This document shows positions 36,191 to 43,289 of a DNA stretch of 43,289 nt, one piece after another. This DNA is from a virus. The notes beneath the pieces are model-generated. The model worked only from the letters and a program-made list of their open reading frames with translations, was not told the origin of the DNA and made no database searches. Both the position numbers and the translations under genes were made by a program. Each line of letters opens with the position of its first letter. Positions within the stretch are counted from its first letter, which is position 1. Location of the stretch: the UHGV virus genome UHGV-0212642; one strand, given 5' to 3'.

Positions 36191-36952
36191 TTAAAACGGT
36201 AGATTTTCCATATTTTGTGAATGTGCAGCACGTTCAAATGCGTCAGTGTATTGATTGCTAGTTTCTTGTGGCATTTCTTCGCTATAGTCATTCATATAGC
36301 TTTCATTAGTAAGAAATGTTTTGGGGTATTTCTGATATTGTTTATCTTTAATGGTTTTTATATATTCTCTAGTCCCTTGCATGATCTGTTCGAAGGAATG
36401 CTTTTTAAGACAACTCTTAAATTTAGAAAACGTTAATTTCTTATCTTTCTTCTTGTCGTAAAGTTTCCACCATTCCTCAAAACGCTCATGCGTAACGTCA
36501 GTTGCGCTATTAGTTGTAGTAGTCTCTGAAGAAGTCTCTGTGTAGTCTCTGGTATTGGTCGTATCATTTTGATACACTCCATCGTCTCTTTTTGATACGC
36601 TCGTCGTATCATTTTGATACGATGGTCGTATCATACTTTCTATAGTCTGATAATTAATGCTGTACCATTTAGTTTTGTCGAACTTCGCTTTGTTATAGTT
36701 GCCTATATGCAATAAACCTTGTTTTTCTAAACTATAGATGGCTCTTTTAATAGTAATTAATGACCAAAAAGGAAATTGTTTTTGCCATTCCGGATATGAA
36801 TTGTAAATCCACTTTTTGCCATCGTATTTATGATTAGAAGTATTCAACCAATAATGCATTTGTTGTAGTATGATTGCTTCATTCAAACCAATTTCGACTG
36901 CTAATTTCGGCAATACTTGTATGGGGTAATCATCAATTAATAATTTATTCAC
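36191..36952 (-). CDS. Phage replisome organiser (DnaD-like N-terminal domain) containing origin iterons
   Basis: 253 aa. N-terminal Phage_rep_org_N-like domain. Central region encodes repeated YQNDTT peptides from DNA iterons. Confidence 0.7.
   Translation of the reverse strand: MNKLLIDDYPIQVLPKLAVEIGLNEAIILQQMHYWLNTSNHKYDGKKWIYNSYPEWQKQFPFWSLITIKRAIYSLEKQGLLHIGNYNKAKFDKTKWYSINYQTIESMIRPSYQNDTTSVSKRDDGVYQNDTTNTRDYTETSSETTTTNSATDVTHERFEEWWKLYDKKKDKKLTFSKFKSCLKKHSFEQIMQGTREYIKTIKDKQYQKYPKTFLTNESYMNDYSEEMPQETSNQYTDAFERAAHSQNMENLPF
36558..36636. repeat. Iterons (putative phage origin of replication) inside the replisome organiser gene
   Basis: GGTCGTATCATTTTGATAC at 36558-36576. TCGTCGTATCATTTTGATAC at 36601-36620. 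Partial copy GGTCGTATCATAC at 36624-36636. Confidence 0.6.
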
Positions 36953-37109
36953 CTTTTTCTCCTTTCAGCATTCTGTTTAGTCGTTCGTCTATATCCACCC
37001 AGCTGTCATGTAATTTGTATTTCTCATTAAAACTGTCCATTCCGAGGTTTTGTTGTGCCGTCGTCTTGAGAGATGTAAGATTTTATAATCGGCATTTACA
37101 CCATTCCAA

Positions 37110-37526
37110 TCAAAACGGAAGATCTGAAAATTCTTCTAAACCATTGTCAAATGGGTTGTTATCACTTTGCGCTTTTCCACTTTGTTGTGGTTGGTTGTTT
37201 GATTGAGCATTGCTATTCTTACGTTCTACAAACGTAACTTGGTTGACTGCTACATCAGTTGTGTACACACGTTGTCCGTCTTTTTCGTAACTGCCTGTTT
37301 GAATTGATCCAGTTACACCAATTTTGTTACCTTTTTTAAAGTTGTTAGCGATAATTTCTGCTGTTTTACCAAAAGCAACACAAGTGATGAAGTCTGTTTC
37401 ATACTCGTCTGTTTGCTTGTTTTTAAATGGTCGTTGTACTGCAATTCTAAAGTTAGCTACGTTGTTTTTTTGTCCTCTTAATTCTGGGTCTGCTACCAAA
37501 TTACCTAATAAATTTACTGTGTTCAT
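37110..37526 (-). CDS. ssb: Single-stranded DNA-binding protein
   Basis: 138 aa. OB-fold SSB sequence. Gln/Gly-rich tail ending in the acidic FSDLPF tip. Confidence 0.85.
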   Translation of the reverse strand: MNTVNLLGNLVADPELRGQKNNVANFRIAVQRPFKNKQTDEYETDFITCVAFGKTAEIIANNFKKGNKIGVTGSIQTGSYEKDGQRVYTTDVAVNQVTFVERKNSNAQSNNQPQQSGKAQSDNNPFDNGLEEFSDLPF

Positions 37527-38197
37527 TGTTCATTCTCCTTATATTTTTTAGCCATAGTTTGAATTTTATTAATTGTGTTTGCTGCTTGTTGTTCTGTCAT
37601 AGACGCATATTCTTGTATTCCGAATGTTTTTTCGGCTTGTTGCTGTGTGACTTCTTTTCCTAGCGACTTCATTAAAGCGACAAACTGATATACTTCTTGT
37701 TTTAAAACGCCTATTGTATTGCTACTAGCTTTGTTGTATTTTTCTTGTTTTTGTTTTGCGTCTGCGTCATCTTCGTCGGTTGGAATGTTGAAGAATTTCA
37801 TTAAGAAATAACGTTCTGCGTATGTTAGTGCTGTGCCATGCGCTTTTGATACATCATCTTGTTGGCCTACAGAATAGAAACTTACTTCAAGTTGTTCTTC
37901 CGGCTTGTCTGCATTAATCCATAAATAAGTTAACTTCATTTCTACAACAAATTCTGATGTTGTAACTTCGCGTGAAGCTTTTTTGTTAAATCTAGTTACT
38001 TCAATTTGTTTATAATTTTCATCTGATGTTTTTGGTACTAGAAGTAAATTATGCTCAATCATCTTGTTCCTAATTCTGTGTAACACTTGAGAACCACTAA
38101 CATATGAGTAGTTGTAACCTTTTGTATCTTTGGTAAATCCGTCAATATTGGCTTTAACGTCTGCTATTTTTTGGTATAAATTAAGTTGTTCAGTCAT
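37523..38197 (-). CDS. ERF-family single-strand annealing protein
   Basis: 224 aa. AHGTALTYAERYFLMKFFNIPTDEDDAD matches the ERF core (GsaiTYarRY...DDD). Overlaps the ssb start. Confidence 0.6.
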   Translation of the reverse strand: MTEQLNLYQKIADVKANIDGFTKDTKGYNYSYVSGSQVLHRIRNKMIEHNLLLVPKTSDENYKQIEVTRFNKKASREVTTSEFVVEMKLTYLWINADKPEEQLEVSFYSVGQQDDVSKAHGTALTYAERYFLMKFFNIPTDEDDADAKQKQEKYNKASSNTIGVLKQEVYQFVALMKSLGKEVTQQQAEKTFGIQEYASMTEQQAANTINKIQTMAKKYKENEQ

Positions 38198-38673
38198 TTA
38201 TCGCACCCTCAAACTTCTATTTTGTTTTAATTCGACGCCTTTTATTTCAAGTCCGTCTTTGACAGCTTTTAGCAATTCTGTTTTGTTTAGTTTAGGTTTT
38301 TGCTCTACGTAATATTGTTTCGGAATTAAACTTTCATCTTGCACATCTAAACTTGGTGAGTTCTTAGCTATGCTGTAACTATTTAACGCTGTTTTGAATT
38401 TCTCTTTGCCTGTTTCTTCCATAGCCAGTTGTAAGTTTGCTTTTAATCGTTTAATACCGTTTTCGTTCGCTGATTTACGCTGTCTCAAACGTTTGATTTC
38501 TTCATCAATTGCTTTATTGTCTGCTTCTAATGATTTGATAATGGCAACATAACTATCTGCTTTATTTTCTAAAGCATCGTTAATACTCGCTAATGTGTCT
38601 TTTAAAATTAGTTCGTTTTCTTGTTCTAATATGAGGTCATAAACTTGTTTATAATCTGCTGATAGCTCAAATA
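38198..38673 (-). CDS. Siphovirus Gp157-like coiled-coil protein
   Basis: ORF track start 38731 overlaps the upstream gene. ATG at 38673 with GAGGAGG RBS gives about 158 aa. Coiled coil. Position next to ERF. Confidence 0.45.
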
Positions 38674-38981
38674 AGTTGCTCATTGTCCACATCCTCCTCA
38701 CGCTCGTCTTCCTCTTCGTTTTGTAATTCATAAATTTTATTTTTAAGTTTTATGTTTTCTTCTTTTAACTTTTTGTTTTTTTCTTCTTCCTTCCAATATT
38801 TATGTCTATAAGTGTCTTCCTCTTTATCTTTAACAGCCTTTGTTTCAATAAGTTTTCTGTATTCGTTTAATGTGATTGTTACTGTCAATTCTTGATTTGC
38901 TACAAAGTTATCCTCATCGTTTCCATAACTTGAAAAATCTTTAGTATAATAATGTTGATTAGTTTTTATTGTTTCAGTCAT
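38667..38981 (-). CDS. Hypothetical acidic coiled-coil protein
   Basis: 104-aa ORF. Glu/Lys-rich C-terminal half. Confidence 0.4.
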   Translation of the reverse strand: MTETIKTNQHYYTKDFSSYGNDEDNFVANQELTVTITLNEYRKLIETKAVKDKEEDTYRHKYWKEEEKNKKLKEENIKLKNKIYELQNEEEDEREEDVDNEQLI

Positions 38982-39042
38982 ATTTGACTACCTCCGTATA
39001 TTTTGGTTTAATTAAGTTGTATATTTTGTTAAATACTTACTG

Positions 39043-39222
39043 TTACTTGTTGGCGCAAGTAGCAGTTTTTTTATCGAAAAAATGGTGTTCATAGAACCAA
39101 TAGACTGCTGTCGCTGTTGCTGCACTTACGACTAACCCCGTCGTAAAGTAAATTTCAAAAATGACCATTGTTATAATTGAAATAAGTACGAATGTGATTA
39201 AAGCGATTGTTAAACTTCTCAT
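39043..39222 (-). CDS. Small hydrophobic membrane peptide (59 aa, absent from the ORF track)
   Basis: AAAGGAGGGG RBS 5 nt upstream of the ATG. Translation MRSLTIALITFVLISIITMVIFEIYFTTGLVVSAATATAVYWFYEHHFFDKKTATCANK. Confidence 0.5.
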   Translation of the reverse strand: MRSLTIALITFVLISIITMVIFEIYFTTGLVVSAATATAVYWFYEHHFFDKKTATCANK

Positions 39223-39528
39223 TTCAACCCCTCCTTTTCTAGTATTTTTTTACCAACGCGTTCATACATAAAAGTGGCCCAGTAATCAATCATTTCTTGA
39301 CTCATGTTTTTGCTCCATTTCTATAATTTTTTGTATATATCCTCGCTCAAGAGCGAAATCGAATAACATTTGTTGAATATGTGGTGGCATTACTTCTCTC
39401 CCTTTCGTTAATTAAGTTTGTATTGTACGGTCACGCATGTGATGAATACGATAATCAGTAGTGCTAGCAATTTATTAGTTCCTTTCGTGTATAATGTTGT
39501 TATCCCTTTATGAAGGGAGGTGCGTATT

Positions 39529-39759
39529 ATGAATCGAAACTTAATTACTAGTTATTTAGATATTGAAAATATTGATTCTCTAACTCTAAAATTAGTAAAT
39601 AACGAAAAAATATTAATCAGAAAATTGGCTACCGACCATACTGGAAATGATTATATTCACGTTTTAGAACCTAAGGACAGAGTTATTGATTTAAACAAAG
39701 TCATTTATTTCAATATCAATACAACTAATAATGTTGGAACTGATTTCTTTCCGAATTAA
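39529..39759 (+). CDS. Small hypothetical protein on the opposite strand within the early region
   Basis: GGGAGGTG RBS with ATG at 39529 (the ORF track began at GTG 39520). 76 aa. No known motif. Confidence 0.45.
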   Translation: MNRNLITSYLDIENIDSLTLKLVNNEKILIRKLATDHTGNDYIHVLEPKDRVIDLNKVIYFNINTTNNVGTDFFPN

Positions 39760-39902
39760 TCAGTGATGTTTCTATACGCATCCACCAGATTCGCAGTTGC
39801 CTCAATCAACTGTGGGTCTGGATTTTTTTGAATTTGTTTTAACAAATAATCAATTGTTAAATACATTTCATTTGGATTAATTCTTAATAAGTTTTCTTGC
39901 AT
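39756..39902 (-). CDS. Small hypothetical protein (48 aa)
   Basis: GGAGG RBS 7 nt upstream of the ATG. MQENLLRINPNEMYLTIDYLLKQIQKNPDPQLIEATANLVDAYRNITD. Convergent with the previous + strand gene. Confidence 0.3.
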   Translation of the reverse strand: MQENLLRINPNEMYLTIDYLLKQIQKNPDPQLIEATANLVDAYRNITD

Positions 39903-39980
39903 TCCATTTCCTCCTTAAGTTGTTTGTTCGGTTGTTAGAGGTGGCTCAGAACCACCTCGTGTGGTATAATTAGGGTGTTA

Positions 39981-40748
39981 TTAAATATGCAATTTCATTT
40001 TGTCTATTTGATTATTTTGACGACGACCCTTGTTATAAATGTCTGCCACTACGAATGGTAGGCATTCTTTTTTTGTCTTGAATCCGCCCTGTTTTTTATT
40101 AATTTCTAATATGAATCCTTCGTATCCTATTTTTTGTAGTCTTGTAACTAAAATATTTAGATCTATTTCATTCAAATATACTGTTAGTAATTTTGAGAAC
40201 CCTCTTAAAATGAATGATTGATAGTTTCTAGTGTCATCTCCAAAAGAATCTTTAATTATTTCTAAAACTAAACCTAAATGGTTAGCACCATGGTTTTTAT
40301 ATATAGATTGAAGAGCTTCATAAGCTTTGATATATCCTTTTGATGGCGCGTTTTTCTCATAATCAACATTTAATCCAACGCTTCTTACTGTTTCATCTAT
40401 TGCGACAGCTACTGGTTCTTTAAAACGTAGTCTCGATTTACCTTTTTGGTTTGCATTTTTTGATGGTCTATCATTAACGCCGTAATACATTTCAGCTTCT
40501 TCTTCGACAGATAAATTTTCGTGTACAGTTGCTTCTATGAACAAGATGTTTAATTCTTTTAAGGCTTCAACTCTGTGTTGTCCGTCGATAATGTAAAGTG
40601 ACCCGTCTTTTCTTTTGCTTACTACAATTGTGTGAAGTTTCTTAGGGTCGAAATTCTTAACTATCTTTTTCACTTGTCTTTCTTGCACTGGCGATTGGTA
40701 ACTCATATCCGTTTGTAATCTGTGTACTGGTAATTGTTGGTTATACAT
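39981..40748 (-). CDS. ParB/Srx-fold protein with DGQHR motif
   Basis: 255 aa. SLYIIDGQHRVEALKEL, the DGQHR signature seen in DndB-like and ParB-like N-terminal domains. Overlaps the upstream gene by 8 nt. Confidence 0.55.
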   Translation of the reverse strand: MYNQQLPVHRLQTDMSYQSPVQERQVKKIVKNFDPKKLHTIVVSKRKDGSLYIIDGQHRVEALKELNILFIEATVHENLSVEEEAEMYYGVNDRPSKNANQKGKSRLRFKEPVAVAIDETVRSVGLNVDYEKNAPSKGYIKAYEALQSIYKNHGANHLGLVLEIIKDSFGDDTRNYQSFILRGFSKLLTVYLNEIDLNILVTRLQKIGYEGFILEINKKQGGFKTKKECLPFVVADIYNKGRRQNNQIDKMKLHI

Positions 40749-41622
40749 TTATAAAATCTCCTTTTTCTATAATTTTGTTTAATGCTTTAGAAGCTTTAAC
40801 AACTTTCGATAATTCTTCAGTGTCTCTTGATTTTAAGAAGTTTAAAGTCAACTCCAAATCTTCAATGTTATCTACTGCATAAAGTAAGTTGGAACAAACA
40901 TTAACTATGTTTGCAGCAGCAGCTTCAGACAAAGCTAAGTTCGTTTCTGCTTCACTCATGGCTTCAACTTCTGCGTTCATTCGTTCTCTTCGATCAATAA
41001 CTTGTGTTTGAGGTTTTTCTTTGACAGGCGTTTCCACTTTATCCACCTCTTTCACTTTTTCTTTAGCGCGCAGTTCATCATGCGCTTTACGAATGCTTTT
41101 TTTGCCTTCGTCAACTTCTTTGATAGTTTCTTCGTCAGCATTTTCATAGATGTATTTAGCTCTGTCGTATGTTCGACCACTACCGAAACCTGAAGCCTTT
41201 CCAACGATATCTCTAGTTTGTTTTCCTTTTTTTAGGTCAGGACCAAGGACCTTACCTTGTTTTTTAACCGCCATTCTGTCTTTGGCTTTCTTTGCTTCAA
41301 TTCTTTCTAGTTGTTTGGCATAATCCATTTTTTCTGAGTAAGTAAACTCTTTACGTTCCTCATTTTCACTTATTTCAATTTTCAGTTGATGCTCTTGGTC
41401 TTCTACTGACATCACTCTTACTTCTATCTGCTTGTAATCAAGTTTTTTCATAGCTTCTAATCTTCGTTCACCTGCAATTAATTCGTAATCGGGTGTAACG
41501 ACTGGTGGGTTAATTAGCCCTCTGTCTTGAATATCATCTGCAAGTGAAGCTATATCTCCATAATCTTTTCTGATACGTTTACCAACCGTTACTTTATTGA
41601 TATCTATTAGCAATTCATACAC
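40741..41622 (-). CDS. ParB-like N-terminal (nuclease/CTPase-fold) domain protein
   Basis: 293 aa. N-terminal ParBc pattern (LIDINKVTVGKRIRKDYGDIASLADDIQDRGLINPPVV...LIAGERRLEAM). Charged C-terminal half. Confidence 0.65.
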   Translation of the reverse strand: MYELLIDINKVTVGKRIRKDYGDIASLADDIQDRGLINPPVVTPDYELIAGERRLEAMKKLDYKQIEVRVMSVEDQEHQLKIEISENEERKEFTYSEKMDYAKQLERIEAKKAKDRMAVKKQGKVLGPDLKKGKQTRDIVGKASGFGSGRTYDRAKYIYENADEETIKEVDEGKKSIRKAHDELRAKEKVKEVDKVETPVKEKPQTQVIDRRERMNAEVEAMSEAETNLALSEAAAANIVNVCSNLLYAVDNIEDLELTLNFLKSRDTEELSKVVKASKALNKIIEKGDFINV

Positions 41623-41659
41623 TCCTTTCTGCTATACTCCTTATTAGGAGGTGATATTT

Positions 41660-41869
41660 ATGTCTAAACATATTTACGCTTGTTTACTTGGTGAATGGGT
41701 AAATCTATCAGAGTCTGAGAATGTAGTAATCGATAATAGCTATACTGATGCTAATTTGTGGTACAAAGAAGTAGGTCATAAAATGTTCGATTACAATCAA
41801 ATGCACATTGGATATAACGGCATTGACTACTTTATTCACCCTAGTTTCATCCAAGTTCTAACTAAGTAA
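41660..41869 (+). CDS. Small hypothetical protein on the opposite strand within the early region
   Basis: AGGAGGTG RBS and ATG at 41660 (the ORF track began at GTG 41651). 69 aa. Confidence 0.4.
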   Translation: MSKHIYACLLGEWVNLSESENVVIDNSYTDANLWYKEVGHKMFDYNQMHIGYNGIDYFIHPSFIQVLTK

Positions 41870-42067
41870 TTTCTTGATTACTTCACAGCTATGACTGTCA
41901 AGCTCCACCTTGACGGTCTTATGGCTGTATACTTTTTCAACTTCTTGCACAATTCTGTCCCATTCATATTTGGGCATGCCATTGATAGCTTCTAAAATTT
42001 TGTTTAAACGTTTTTGCGATTCTTGCATTTGTCATTCCTCCTTTTAAGTTGTTTGTTCGATTGTGGG

Positions 42068-42856
42068 TTATAGTTCAATTGCCGACGGTCTAACGTCTTT
42101 AATAAATTGAATGACTAAGTCTACATCTTTACGTTTGATAAGATTGTTAGCTGCGTTACCTTTCATACCTAGATGTTTTTTAGACTGAACTAGCAATTTT
42201 GACTTAACTTTTCCTAATTGATGTCTGTATTCTTCTTTGGCTTTTTTGTTTGCTAATGCTTGTTCATATACATCTCCGATTAAGAATTCGTCTATCGTTA
42301 CTTGAATACCAGCTTTACCTAGAATTTGTTCAGCTTTAGACTTGATAGCAAATTTGATTGCGTCTATATCTTGTGGAGTTACGTATTCTCCCTCGAATTT
42401 ATTGTTTAATTCTTCTAATTTTTGATTACTCACTTGTCCTGTTGAAATTAAGTAATCCAGTTTGTCGCTTACTAACTGTTCAATGAGTTGGTTCATATCA
42501 TCTAATGAAGTAATTCCATATGCACTGGCTAACTCATTATGTTGTCTTTCTACTTTGATGAAGTAACCTCTGATTTTTCTTCCTATTTCGCTACGTTGTA
42601 TCATTGAAATTTCTTTTGCCATGTCGAGTGTCATGATGTGGTCTGTGAATGTTGTTTGATTACCTTGAGCTGTTAGTCTTTTTTGACTAATAGTTATAAA
42701 ATCGATATTTTCTTCAAAACCGTAATCAATCATTCGATTAATCCATTTAGTGTATTGAGTTTCTATTTCTAATCCTTTGTGTAATTCACGACCACTTACC
42801 GCAACCGTTCCATCTTCATTTCGCTTTAAATTAAATAGTTGCTGAATTTCATTCAT
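42068..42856 (-). CDS. ant: Phage antirepressor (Ant; ORF6N-like N-terminal and KilA-C-like C-terminal domains)
   Basis: 262 aa. N-terminal ...AVSGRELHKGLEIETQYTKWINRMIDYGF... typical of ORF6N/AntA. Immediately downstream of cro. Confidence 0.7.
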   Translation of the reverse strand: MNEIQQLFNLKRNEDGTVAVSGRELHKGLEIETQYTKWINRMIDYGFEENIDFITISQKRLTAQGNQTTFTDHIMTLDMAKEISMIQRSEIGRKIRGYFIKVERQHNELASAYGITSLDDMNQLIEQLVSDKLDYLISTGQVSNQKLEELNNKFEGEYVTPQDIDAIKFAIKSKAEQILGKAGIQVTIDEFLIGDVYEQALANKKAKEEYRHQLGKVKSKLLVQSKKHLGMKGNAANNLIKRKDVDLVIQFIKDVRPSAIEL

Positions 42857-43059
42857 TAATTCTTCACCTCTTCTTTTATTTCTAAGATTTTTGCAATACG
42901 TTTCTTTTGTTCAAATGCATCTCTGCGTCCACGCAAGATGTCTGATAAGTAAGCACTTGAAATACCTAACATGTCTGCAAGTTGTTTATTCGTGATGTTA
43001 CGTTTAAGTAATTCCATTCTTACTTTCATGCCGAATTCTGTTGTTGCCATAGGTTTCAC
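42856..43059 (-). CDS. cro: Cro-like XRE-family HTH regulator
   Basis: 67 aa. HTH (ITNKQLADMLGISSAYLSDILRG). Divergent from the repressor across the window ends. Operator-like palindromes in the flanking intergenic region. Confidence 0.7.
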   Translation of the reverse strand: MKPMATTEFGMKVRMELLKRNITNKQLADMLGISSAYLSDILRGRRDAFEQKKRIAKILEIKEEVKN

Positions 43060-43256
43060 TTCCTTTTAGACTTTTTTCTATTTTTTAAATCTAACTATTG
43101 ATTTAATTTAAGTTTTAAGCTAATATATAAGCATAGTTAAATAAGCCTTTCTCCAAGACGTTTGTTTACATTAATTCGATTAAAACACTACCGTTCCTCA
43201 ACGTTGTGTTATCCGTTTTGGTTTTTGGCTAAATCAATAGCGTAACCAAAGTATAT

Positions 43257-43270
43257 TAGATTTAAATCTA
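43257..43270. promoter_or_regulatory. Perfect 14-bp palindrome TAGATTTAAATCTA; candidate repressor/Cro operator
   Basis: Exact dyad symmetry in the repressor-cro intergenic region. Related half-sites TTAAATCTA (43085-43093) and TGATTTAA (43100-43107). Confidence 0.5.
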
Positions 43271-43289
43271 TATGTCAACTATTATTTAG

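Noticed and set aside
1-43289. Search for tRNA, rRNA and CRISPR repeats
   Set aside because: No cloverleaf-like GC-rich 70-90-nt segments and no regularly spaced direct-repeat arrays were seen. The only tandem repeats are the ori iterons.

Overview
The window reads as a complete, circularly permuted genome (43,289 bp) of a temperate siphovirus of Staphylococcus, in the phi11/80alpha-like organisation. The assignment rests on a phi11-type holin, a CHAP + amidase_2 + SH3b endolysin, a RinA-like late activator, a CHAP/glucosaminidase tail lysin and roughly 30% GC. No host chromosomal genes are present. The sequence is linearised inside the lysis/lysogeny switch: an XRE repressor starts at nt 40 on the + strand, and a Cro-like gene ends the window on the - strand at 43059.

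Plus strand, 40-3878, lysogeny module: XRE (ImmR-like) repressor, ImmA-type HEXXH metallopeptidase, a two-gene accessory (moron) cassette, then a large serine recombinase integrase. A short probable attP region follows at 3879-4800.

Minus strand, read from 43059 down to 4804:
- early region: cro, antirepressor, two ParB-like genes;
- recombination: Gp157-like, ERF, SSB;
- replication: replisome organiser containing origin iterons, DnaC-like loader, RusA;
- small unknown genes, a MazG-like protein, the RinA-like late activator;
- packaging and head: TerS, TerL, portal, minor head protein, scaffold, major capsid protein, head-tail joining proteins;
- tail: major tail protein, G/GT chaperones, tape measure, Dit, Tal-SGNH, a beta-helix depolymerase fibre, a BppU fibre, an XhlA-like protein, CHAP-glucosaminidase, a BppU-collagen-SGNH protein;
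- lysis: holin, then endolysin.

The most interesting candidate is an insulated two-gene cassette at 1160-2314, between immA and int. It pairs a small acidic protein with a 322-aa protein carrying an Rx4H (HEPN-like) motif and looks like an uncharacterised Abi/toxin-antitoxin-type defence moron. Second is an overlapping pair of ParB-like genes at 39981-41622, one carrying a DGQHR motif.

No rRNA, tRNA or CRISPR array was seen.
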